DNA from: an uncultured Nitrososphaeraceae archaeon
Lineage (GTDB): Archaea; Thermoproteota; Nitrososphaeria; Nitrososphaerales; Nitrososphaeraceae
Assembly: GCA_963779615.1 (NCBI GenBank)
Contig: CAVZZA010000003.1
Coordinates: 288,001 to 352,000 of the forward strand
DNA length: 64,000 bases
Direction of reading: 5' to 3'
Numbering within the stretch: position 1 is the stretch's first letter; the number at the start of each line of letters is the position of its first letter. Under the pieces are notes generated by a model. The model was not told where the DNA came from, searched no databases, and saw only the letters and a program-made list of their open reading frames with translations. A program made the translations under genes and the position numbers. Positions 1-9,375 of the stretch are shown in pieces.

Positions 1-498
1 GTCAATATCCTGAATTTGTGAGATTTTTTCAGCATCATAGTGGGACAGTGTTACAAAGTCATTCATTCCGGATTTTTCCAGGTTTTTTTTTGCTATGGAC
101 ATGAATTCATCGTTAACATCAAATGTGTACACATGACCTTCAGGCATCACGATGCTTGCCATAAAGGTGGCCAAGGCAGCACTCCCAGTTCCAATTTCCA
201 GCACCCTAAAGCCATTTTTCAGCCCGGTTCTCGCAGCAATGTATCCATAATCTTTTGGATATACAATTTGGGTTGTTCTTTGGGACTTCATCACAAAGTC
301 ATGAATGCTCGGGGGAAGAAGGTAAACTTTTTTGTCTTTGTTGGTAATGACAAAAGATCCGTAATCAAGATCAATGGTGGAGCCAACATCGATTATGCCT
401 ATGTGAGTGTGCAGTATTTTCTCTTTCTCAACCCTGATTAGCCATTTCTTGTCACCATTGTAAAAAAACAGGACAAGCGAACCTTCGGATATTTTCAC
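1..498 (-). CDS. trmI: tRNA (adenine-N1)-methyltransferase TrmI, 5' part (runs off window start)
   Basis: Manual translation from GTG at 498: MKISEGSLVLFFYNGDKKWLIRVE...HTHIG...RTTQIVYPKDYGYIAARTGLKNGFRVLEIGTGSAALT. Shows the TrmI/GCD14 QIVYPKD and SAM-binding ExGxGS motifs. Absent from the ORF track. Confidence 0.9.
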   Translation of the reverse strand, partial: MKISEGSLVLFFYNGDKKWLIRVEKEKILHTHIGIIDVGSTIDLDYGSFVITNKDKKVYLLPPSIHDFVMKSQRTTQIVYPKDYGYIAARTGLKNGFRVLEIGTGSAALATFMASIVMPEGHVYTFDVNDEFMSIAKKNLEKSGMNDFVTLSHYDAEKISQIQDID

Positions 499-584
499 AA
501 ATGAAGGTTAATTCAATCAATTTAAAAATATTTCAATTGTAATGTCATGCGTGTTTTAAATACGATAAAAGGTACTTTGGGTAC

Positions 585-1355
585 ATGTATAGTATTATGT
601 CAAAGTCAATAACCCTGTTGCTATCCAGTAAAGCAGATTTAGCGTTATTCCTGACTATCATGCTAACTTCATTCTTTTTTTCATTTTCTTTGGCAAATAA
701 TTTTGAGTCAGCAGCGGCATCACCATCATCAGCACCAATGCCACAACACTCTTCTCCCAATGATGATTTGAAAACGATTCAGGTCAAGTTGACTTTAGAC
801 CAGAACAAATACAAGCATCTAATAGGAATACTTCAGAACACCGGGAACAAAACCATAGACCAGGTAGTCGTTTCTGCCGATTTTTTGGACAAGGACAAAA
901 AATCCCTCGGCAATTTTAGCAAGCAGACAGAACTAACAACACTAAACCCATATGAAATAACGCCATTTGATATTTTGGTTTATGATAAAAAAATAAACGA
1001 CAGAATAAAGGATTACAAAGTGGACTTTAAATTCAGATTTACAGAATACAAGGATAAAAAGCTTGTGACAGTTTCCAATGACTCACGCTTGGATATGACT
1101 GGATTTTATTTCATAAATGGAAAAATTCAAAACACCGACAAAGCATCAGCTTCTGGCAATACAAATGTAATAGCCATTACATACAATAAAAACAAAGAAT
1201 TGGCGGGGGTTTGGAAGGCCCAAACTGAACCCTTTAGCATACCACCCTTAACTACAGCGACGTTTACAATACCAGTAACAGATAAAGTCCAGGCATTTCA
1301 AATATCAAACTACACACTATTGACTGAATCAGATAATTTTTCCAAACTAAAGTAA
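585..1355 (+). CDS. Secreted/membrane-anchored protein with two FxLYD-like beta domains
   Basis: N-terminal hydrophobic segment, then two repeats of G-x-[LI]-x-N-T...(F/Y)-x-D/N-K-x-K-x-L. Confidence 0.6.
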   Translation: MYSIMSKSITLLLSSKADLALFLTIMLTSFFFSFSLANNFESAAASPSSAPMPQHSSPNDDLKTIQVKLTLDQNKYKHLIGILQNTGNKTIDQVVVSADFLDKDKKSLGNFSKQTELTTLNPYEITPFDILVYDKKINDRIKDYKVDFKFRFTEYKDKKLVTVSNDSRLDMTGFYFINGKIQNTDKASASGNTNVIAITYNKNKELAGVWKAQTEPFSIPPLTTATFTIPVTDKVQAFQISNYTLLTESDNFSKLK

Positions 1356-1716
1356 TCCAAAGTAACAGCACAGTGCTAGTCCTTTAAATTTATTTTTTGC
1401 ACTCACATAAACTCCACAAATATCGGTAATCAACACAGTTGGTTTGCGCCCTATAGTGCAGCATCAACAAATTCCATATCCATGGCAAAAACAATAAAGT
1501 TAAAAAAAATAAAGTATTTCTCGCCACAAATTCATAAAAAAAAGAAACAACGACAGCTCAAGTTTTTGGGTAAATATATTATATTAGTAACGTGTAGCAC
1601 GGTGGAGAACATTCGATAACGATTCCCAAAGATTTTACCTACATTGCCACACAACTATAGTGCGCAGCATTAAACATTCCAGGCTTAGATGGGGCACAAC
1701 TGCCATGACGGGCGGG

Positions 1717-2040
1717 TCAACCCATCTCCACATTTCTTAAAGAAACCACATATCTTTCAATTTCATTGAATCTGCGAGTGGAACCTTCATGCTGCAAAAC
1801 AGGTGCAAATACCGTGTCATCTTTAATTTTTTGCAGTACACCAAGTACTTCTTCCACAGTCACACCGTGTACTAAGTCATAATCTATCTGTTTGCAGCAA
1901 TTTGCAATTGTGCCGTATTTTTTATGCTGTCTTTTTTCCCATATAGTGGCAGTTTCAGGAAGTCCAGTTATGAATTTTTTAATGGTTTTTTCAACATGTT
2001 CTAAATGCCACTGTTTCATGGGAAAACTGTTTTGTGCCAA
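1717..2040 (-). CDS. Hypothetical protein
   Basis: 107-aa ORF with protein-like composition and an AT-rich promoter-like sequence upstream. Confidence 0.65.
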   Translation of the reverse strand: MAQNSFPMKQWHLEHVEKTIKKFITGLPETATIWEKRQHKKYGTIANCCKQIDYDLVHGVTVEEVLGVLQKIKDDTVFAPVLQHEGSTRRFNEIERYVVSLRNVEMG

Positions 2041-2671
2041 AAAAATATCACTATAATTGCATCAAACGCATATATAAGCGAAACTTTTGGGTAAACTATA
2101 AAATATTTTATTAATTCCTGCGCTTTCTTGCATAATTCATAGTTGCATCCGTAGCCCCACATCAATAGCAGTAGCAGACCATAGGTGTTTTTGGCTCCAG
2201 CCACACCATCCTTAAACCCTGCCACCTGTACGGCGTTATTCCATACCCATCCCCCTTCCACGTTAAATCCAGTTTGCGAGATGAATATCTGCATGTTCAC
2301 CTCAGGAAAGAAAACCAGTTTTCTAAATCTAGTTCATGCATCCCCTTTCTCGGTCAATACCATTTTCTTTCCGTCCTCCTCCCCCTTTTTCTCCTATTTT
2401 CATTTTGCGCAAAACAATTGCATAAAAAAAGTAGGAAAACAGCATCACATGATGGGTTTTCTGACCGATTCCTCGTTTGGTTTTTGTTTGTTTGTTCTCT
2501 GCATTGTTGTCTGCTTGCCTGCGTGGTTGGCTTGGTTTGGTTTGGTTGGTTAATTTTGCTGCTTTAAGCCAAGATAAAAAACTGGTTTATGCACATAATG
2601 ACAACAACAGCAAAGCAGGAATGTCCTAATAACAATTTAAACAACCTCGACCTACCGGATATTAAAATTAG

Positions 2672-3451
2672 ATGAGTTGTTTTATTCCGCTGTACCCTTA
2701 TCCCATCCTGATAATGGAGGTTTCAGATTCCGATAAATACCTAGTGATAACAGACATCCACATTGGTTTTGAGGACAAAATAAATAAAAAGGGGGTTTAC
2801 ATTGACCCGAAGAAAAGCGTTGATGAGCAGCTGGATGTCCTATCACAGACAATATGTAAAACACGGATAAAAAACCTCATCATACTGGGGGATTTAAAAT
2901 CATCCACTAATGTCATAACCCGTTCTGAATGGAATAACGTTCCCTATTTTTTGGAGTCACTGTCCAAGATATGCAACATTTACTTGGTTCCCGGGAACCA
3001 TGATGGCAACATAGTTCACCTGATATCAAACGATGTTAACCTAATGTCGATGAGGGGCATGGAAGTGGATAACACTTTGTTGACACATGGTCACACAACA
3101 CCCACAATCGGAAACAACATAAATAAAATAGTGGCAGGACACCTTCACCCAATTTTGGTAAAGGAGGGAAACATACTAAACGGCCAAAAGGTATGGGTTA
3201 GAATCATCTTGAAAAAAAACGAAAGCAAAAACAAGGAAAGAAAAATGGAGTTTATAGTTATCCCCCATTTTAACAAATACCTAAATTACTACCACAGATT
3301 TGCCAATGAAAAAAGACCCAAAAAAAAATCCAATCTTCCGTTGTTGAATAACTTGATCAATAAAAAAAAATGGGCAATTGATCAAGTTTTTGTTATTTCA
3401 CTGGAGGGCGCAATTATCGGATCGGAAAATGAGCTGAGTAAAATCCTATAG
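2672..3451 (+). CDS. Calcineurin-like metallophosphoesterase
   Basis: DIHIG, GD, GNHD, HGH and GHLHP motifs. Confidence 0.9.
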   Translation: MSCFIPLYPYPILIMEVSDSDKYLVITDIHIGFEDKINKKGVYIDPKKSVDEQLDVLSQTICKTRIKNLIILGDLKSSTNVITRSEWNNVPYFLESLSKICNIYLVPGNHDGNIVHLISNDVNLMSMRGMEVDNTLLTHGHTTPTIGNNINKIVAGHLHPILVKEGNILNGQKVWVRIILKKNESKNKERKMEFIVIPHFNKYLNYYHRFANEKRPKKKSNLPLLNNLINKKKWAIDQVFVISLEGAIIGSENELSKIL

Positions 3452-3467
3452 TCAAAACAAACTAACA

Positions 3468-6400
3468 CTATATCGGGTTTGTTGTTGGGGAATTACTTTG
3501 CATCCATTCCAAGGTTTTAATAAACGAAATGGCGCTTTCAACGGTTGTAAGTACCGGTATGCCCATCTCAACGGCCTTCCTGCGAATCAGGTACTCGTCA
3601 TACAGCATCCCAACATACTTTTCCACGGTGGATGTCGATGGTATGTTGATTATAAAATCAATTTTTCTGTTGGTTAACAGATTCAGGATATTGGGGTGCC
3701 TTTCAGGTTCGCTGATTTTATAGACCAAATCTACGTTTTTAAAGCCAGACTTTTCAAAATATTCAGCAGTGTGTTCGGTTGCTAGGATTCTAAAGTTCAT
3801 CAACGAGATCATGGAAATCAATGGGAGAAGCTTTTCCTTATTTTTGATGCCTCCAACGGTAATTAAAGCTGAACCCGATAACGGCAACGAGTAACCCGCT
3901 GCAGTGTAGGACTTGGACAGTGCATCGTAAAACGTGTTTCCAAAGCAGGCAACCTCCCCGGTCGATTGCATCTCTACCCCCAACACAATATCTGCCCCCT
4001 CAAGTTGCATAAACGAAAATTGTGGCACCTTTATTCCAAATCCCGACTTTTTAAGCCAATGATCATTTTCTAAAGCGGGTAACTTAACTCCCAAAATTGA
4101 TTTTGCAGACAACTCTATGAGGTTTATCCCAAAAAACTTTGAAACAAAAGGCATAGAGCGAGATGCGCGGATGTTCGCTTCGATTACATAAACTTCATCA
4201 TCCTTAACAAGGTACTGGATATTAAAGGGGCCTTTAACATGAAGGGATTTTCCAATTTTAATGGTGTTGTCCATGATTGTGTCAATAGTTTTTCTGCTCA
4301 ACCTCCATGGGGGAATGCACATCATGGCATCACCTGAGTGAATGCCGGCGTTGTCAATGTGTTCAATAATTGAGCCAATCACAATCCTGTCGGAGCTCCC
4401 AACTGCATCTACCTCCACCTCAGACGCATCTTCCAAAAACTTGCTTATCACAATGGGGTAATCAGGGCTGACATTTGACGCTTCCCTAATAAATTGCTCC
4501 AACTGATCCTCACTCCAAACAACCTTCATTGCAGAGCCGCTAAGCACGTATGAGGGTCGGACAAGCATCGGATATTCTGCCTCCAAGGCAAAGTTTTTGG
4601 CCTTTTCCAGACTGGTAAAAATTTTCCACGGTGGTTGTTTTATCAGCAGCGAATCTAGCAGATTGCTGAACTTTGAACGATCTTCAGCTTTATCCACATC
4701 ATGGCTTGACGTTCCCAGTATCCGTATATCATAGTTATTTAATTTAGAAACAAGGTTATTTGCACTCTGGCCACCAACACATGTAACCAAACCAAATGGT
4801 TTTTCTTTCTCGCATATGTCCAATACCCGCTCAAGGGTTAATTCCTCAAAATACAGCCGATCAGGAACATCATAGTCTGTGGAAACGGTTTCAGGATTGC
4901 AATTGATAATAGAAATACTCTTTATCCCGTTCTCCCTTAAACCGTAAACCATGTTTACAGTTCCCCAATCAAATTCAACACTGCTGCCTATACGGTATGG
5001 ACCGGCACCCAAAACAATAGCGCTTTTGCCATCACCTGAACTAGGGACGTCTGAAACGTCATCATACTCACCGCCGTATGTAAGGTACAGATAATTTGTT
5101 TTTGCAGGCCATTCTGCAGCCAGTGTATCAATTTGTTTTATTACAGGGACGATTCCAAATCTTTTTCTAAGCTCCCTTACCTGATGCTCCTCAAGGTTAA
5201 AGCACCTGCCTATTTGTTTGTCAGAAAAACCTAGTTTTTTGGCTTCAGAGATCAAAGATATATCAAACTTTGATTTTCTTAATTTAATTTCCTCATCCAC
5301 AATGTTTTTGATTTTTACAAGAAACCAGGGATCGACAAACGATAGTCTGTTTATCCTGTCGATGCTCAACCCAATCTTCATGGCTTTTACAATATTGAAT
5401 ATGATTTCATCGTCTGGATTCATTAATGAGTATTCAACCTTTTCTATTTCAGATGTATCGGGGGAAGGCTCATCGTCGGTTTTTTTATTTGGCAGTCCAA
5501 CGTCTGAATCAGCACTGTTTGCAACCAGTCCGTCTTTGCCTATCTCGCACATCCTGACTGCCTTTTGGATGACCTCCTCAAAGTTTTTTCCCAATGCCAT
5601 AACTTCTCCCACAGACTTCATTGTGCTTCCGAGTTTTCGTTTTACCAACTCGAATTTTTTAAAGTCCCATCTTGGCATTTTAACAACCATATAATCCAAG
5701 GATGGCTCAAAACAAGCGGTGGTAACTTTGGTAATTTTGTTGACAAGTTCTGGAAGCGAGTATCCAAGGCCAATTTTGGCAGCCATATATGCTAGCGGGT
5801 AACCTGTTGCTTTACTCGCTAATGCAGACGATCTCGATAACCTGGCATTTATCTCAATTGCGCAGTATTCATCCGACTGCGGATTTAGGCCAAATTGAAT
5901 GTTGCATTCTCCCACTATTTTACAATAGGAGGTTGCCCTTAATGCAGCATCCCTCAAAAAATGATATTCATAATTATTTAGTGTTTGTGAGGGGGCTACA
6001 ACAATATTGTCTCCGGTATGGACCCTCATCCCAAGAACATTCTCCATATTGCAAACAATAACGCTATTTCCTTCGTGATCTCTCATTACTTCATATTCGA
6101 TTTGCTTCCATTCTCCAACGTATCTTTCGATAAGGACCTGGTTAACCATACTTAACGCAAGTCCCCTCTGGACAATCTCAAACAAATCATACTCATTATA
6201 GGCCACTCCTCCCCCTCTTCCTCCCAGGGTATAGGCAACACGAATGATTACGGGAAATCCTATTTCTTTTGATATTTTAAGGGCCTCCTCAAATGAATAA
6301 GCGGGAGCACTGCTTAAAACAGGAATGTTACTGCTTATCATTGCTTCCTTGAATTTCTGCCTGTCCTCGGTTATTTTTATCCCTTCAATTGAGGTGTTTA

Positions 6401-6771
6401 ACACACTTATGCCATATTTTTTCAATATGCCATTATCAAACAAATCAACCCCGCAATTGAGCGCAGTTTGACCTCCAAAACCGAGCATTATGGAGTCAGG
6501 GCGCTCCAATTCTATTATTTTTTCAACATAATTTCTATTGATTGGTAACAGGTAAACCTTGTCTGCAAATTTTTTGTCAGTTTGAATAGTGGCTATGTTG
6601 GGATTAACAAGTACACTCGAAATACTCTCTTCTTTGAGGGCTTTTAAGCATTGAGAACCGGAGTAGTCAAATTAGCGGCTAGATTTAAGTCTAGCTTTCG
6701 CCTGCTTCTCCGATTTTTATAGCTCCACTGCCCAGCACTATGACTTTTTTTATGTTTTTATTTTTTGGCAT
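3468..6771 (-). CDS. carB: Carbamoyl-phosphate synthase large subunit, split into exon 1 (6771-6697, 25 codons) and exon 2 (6671-3468); joined product 1092 aa
   Basis: Exon 1 MPKNKNIKKVIVLGSGAIKIGEAGE joins exon 2 FDYSGSQCLKALKEESISSVLVNPNIATIQTD..., in frame with the 3468..6509 ORF. Two ATP-grasp halves and a C-terminal MGS domain. Confidence 0.95.
6672..6696 (-). other. Putative 25-nt bulge-helix-bulge (tRNA-type) intron in carB mRNA
   Basis: Insert AGCTAGACTTAAATCTAGCCGCTAA between GAA(E) and TTT(F). Inner stem GCUAGA/UCUAGC, AAA bulge, 4-bp central helix GGCG/CGCU, second bulge/loop starting AAU. Cutting after the 2nd nt of each bulge removes exactly the insert. Confidence 0.85.
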
Positions 6772-6839
6772 TCCACATCATCAAATAATAATTATTTTAT
6801 CGAAACAGTGCAACATATTGATTTAAACTCATCCCTTTC

Positions 6840-7997
6840 TCAATTATTTTTGTTGCCGTTATTTATAATAAGATCTTTAAATTTGCTGAAAACAAACAAA
6901 CAATCAAATGGCCCAGGCGATGCTTCAGGGTGGAATTGGACGGCGATTATTGGCTTAGACTTATGCTTAATGCCCTCTACGGTTTTGTCATCAATGTTTT
7001 GAAACCATAGTTCAAATCCAGTGTCACTCAAGCTCTCAAGCTCAACACCGTATCCATGGTTTTGGCTGGTGATAAATGAATGGTTTGAATCAAAATCAAC
7101 ACATGTTTTATTTTGACCCCTGTGGCCAAACTTTAGCTTTTGCGTCCTTGCTCCTGCAGCTAATGCAAGTATTTGGTGCCCCAAGCATATTCCCAATGTA
7201 GGTATAGAACTGTCAATTATTTTAGAGGCAGTTTGTATGGTTTCACTACATATCACAGGATCACCAGGACCATTGCTTATGACAATTCCCCTCGGCCTGT
7301 ACGCGGTGACTTCCTCGATTGATGAGTCCCAAGGTAGCCTGATAACACTAAAGCCCGATTTTATCAAGTTTCGTATGATACTAAATTTTGTCCCGGTATC
7401 AATCAAAGCAATCAAAGGATCAGAGTCCTTTCCATAAAATTGGGGATTTTGGATTGAAACATCATTCATAAAGTTGTGACTGCCATAGTCAAATTGACCA
7501 CCTTTATCAACAGCGGTTGCTGTTGATTTGCTCTCACCATTGATTATTATTTTTCCATTCATCACCCCTTCAATCCTAATTTTTTTTGTTAATTCTCGGG
7601 TATCAACTCCATAAATCCCTGGAACTTTTTGTTGGTATAACCATTCATCCAATGTTTTAACACAAGACCAATGGCTTGAGACATTGGAAAGATCATTGAT
7701 GATAACTCCCGAGGTTTGAATGCCATACGATTCAAAATATTTTGGAAGGCCGTACTCATCCAAATCAAACTCGGACGGGACGCCATAATTTCCAATTGAC
7801 GGATACGTAAAACAAAGAATTTGACCCCTGTATGAAGGATCAGTCAAGGTCTCTGTATATCCAACCATTCCCGTGTTGAAAACAATTTCACCAGTAACCG
7901 TTTTTGGAAATCCAAAACCAACCCCGTTGAATATGGTTCCATCATCAAGTAATAGCTTTGCCTCATATCCGATATATTTGTTAAAAAGTGTCGGAAT
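6840..7997 (-). CDS. carA: Carbamoyl-phosphate synthase small subunit; N-terminus extends past the ORF-track start, probable ATT start (7997 or 8003)
   Basis: GATase motifs SNGPGDP, GICLGHQ and QFHPEASPGP. The upstream in-frame sequence EAKLLLDDGTIFNGVGFG...GEIVFNTGMVGY has no ATG/GTG/TTG before the TAA at 8007-8009. Confidence 0.9.
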   Translation of the reverse strand: MPTLFNKYIGYEAKLLLDDGTIFNGVGFGFPKTVTGEIVFNTGMVGYTETLTDPSYRGQILCFTYPSIGNYGVPSEFDLDEYGLPKYFESYGIQTSGVIINDLSNVSSHWSCVKTLDEWLYQQKVPGIYGVDTRELTKKIRIEGVMNGKIIINGESKSTATAVDKGGQFDYGSHNFMNDVSIQNPQFYGKDSDPLIALIDTGTKFSIIRNLIKSGFSVIRLPWDSSIEEVTAYRPRGIVISNGPGDPVICSETIQTASKIIDSSIPTLGICLGHQILALAAGARTQKLKFGHRGQNKTCVDFDSNHSFITSQNHGYGVELESLSDTGFELWFQNIDDKTVEGIKHKSKPIIAVQFHPEASPGPFDCLFVFSKFKDLIINNGNKNN

Positions 7998-8029
7998 ATT
8001 AATCCCTTAAATCCAAAAAAAAACCATCA

Positions 8030-8037
8030 TTTATAAA
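8030..8037 (-). promoter_or_regulatory. TATA box of the carAB operon
   Basis: TTTATAAA about 27-33 bp upstream of the candidate ATT starts. Confidence 0.55.
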
Positions 8038-8083
8038 TTTTTGTAAAATAATTTAGCAATGTTTATCGAAGAAGAAAAAATAT

Positions 8084-9283
8084 TCACCTGCCATAGTGGT
8101 AAACTCGATCCCTCCATTTTACAACACCTTTTTTCTCAGAAGAAATAACAGACCAGATAAAAGACAGTGACACGGTAAAGCATCCAACAGGTGTGCCTAA
8201 AAAATAGATTGCATTGTGTGTTTTTGCCTTTTTCAACTGATAGTAATTGGTAAAGTATATAACCGCTACATCAAAGGTAACCAAAACAAGCAAAAAAACA
8301 AGGTATGGGTTGTGGGCATTGTTTTCCTGTGCAACATTGATAAGAGAATGGATCAAAATCACAAACGGAAAAACCATCAACAAAAAAACACCTATTGTAA
8401 GCAAAATTGAATTTTTTTTGTCTGTAAAGTATATCGGGATTATTAGTCTTTTTAAGGAATTCCAAAGTGTATGAAAATCCCTTGCCCAGTACGCACTCAA
8501 GAGATCCTCCCCCCGGAACATCTTTAACCGATATCCACATTCCTTGATTTTTTTACCCAATGCGCCGTCTTCCACTATTTCGGACTTGACAGATTCATGG
8601 GTCCCCACTTTTTTGTAGACATCTTTTGATATGATGAAGAAACTTCCAAAGAGATAACCCAGTTTTACTTTGGGGTCATTAACGCGCAATGGCGAATACC
8701 TTGAAAACATAAATATTGAAAGGATAGGAAGGACCATTTTCACAATAAAAGTCGGATAAAGCAAATTTGGGACAGCTGTCAATACGTCTAGTTTTTCTTC
8801 TAAAAGAGTATGCAAAGAATCCTGAATGCTATGTCTAGAATGCACCGTGTCAGCATCCGTAAAAAGCAGATAGTCACCTCTTGATTTTTGGTAACCTATA
8901 TAGCATGGCCAATTTTTTCCAATCCAGCCTTCAGGTTTTTCACCTGCCTCAAATACTTTTATTTTACCAGTATTTCTGAAGGATTGAACTATCTCCAAGG
9001 TGCCGTCAGAGGAGTTATCGTTTACGACAATAATTTCATAATTTGAATGGTACTGGTTTAAAAGGCTAGAGAGACAGTTTTTGATGTATTTTTCCTCGTT
9101 TCTGGCAGGTACTATCACACTAACTAGACTGTTTTTTTTTGCCTCCAACGTATTTGGCTTCAGCAGACGGGGAGAAAGTTCAAATGATTTTTTCAAAACA
9201 AAAAACAGGTAAATCCAAATCCCTAATGAACCAGCAACAATAATTGTCAAAATATTATATAAAATCATCCCAAATTCAATCAT
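8084..9283 (-). CDS. Membrane-bound GT2 glycosyltransferase
   Basis: VSVIVPARNEE, VVNDNSSD, GWIGKNW, FTDADT and EIVED motifs with flanking TM helices; start placed at the ATG about 25 bp below a TTTATATA box. Confidence 0.85.
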   Translation of the reverse strand: MIEFGMILYNILTIIVAGSLGIWIYLFFVLKKSFELSPRLLKPNTLEAKKNSLVSVIVPARNEEKYIKNCLSSLLNQYHSNYEIIVVNDNSSDGTLEIVQSFRNTGKIKVFEAGEKPEGWIGKNWPCYIGYQKSRGDYLLFTDADTVHSRHSIQDSLHTLLEEKLDVLTAVPNLLYPTFIVKMVLPILSIFMFSRYSPLRVNDPKVKLGYLFGSFFIISKDVYKKVGTHESVKSEIVEDGALGKKIKECGYRLKMFRGEDLLSAYWARDFHTLWNSLKRLIIPIYFTDKKNSILLTIGVFLLMVFPFVILIHSLINVAQENNAHNPYLVFLLVLVTFDVAVIYFTNYYQLKKAKTHNAIYFLGTPVGCFTVSLSFIWSVISSEKKGVVKWRDRVYHYGR

Positions 9284-9375
9284 AATTTCAAAGTTTACAA
9301 AGTTATATAAATAGGGTATAGCAGTAATCACAAGTATTTTTCTAAACACTTTTAAGCAAAACTTATTATTTATTT

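Noticed and set aside
40-441. 133-aa plus-strand ORF
   Set aside because: Antisense shadow of trmI.
2016-2567. Three overlapping ORFs in a locally GC-richer intergenic stretch
   Set aside because: Low-complexity translations, no motifs, mutually overlapping; possibly a decayed remnant but unsupported.
3468-6509. ORF-track start of carB at TTG 6509
   Set aside because: It would lose about 79 conserved N-terminal residues that are clearly encoded upstream.
6672-6696. Ribosomal frameshift, readthrough or gene-60-style hop as the explanation for the carB insert
   Set aside because: The exon-1 frame has three stops within the insert and the exon-2 frame has UAA directly before the junction. The only matching AGC landing codon still meets that stop. 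BHB cut sites fit exactly.
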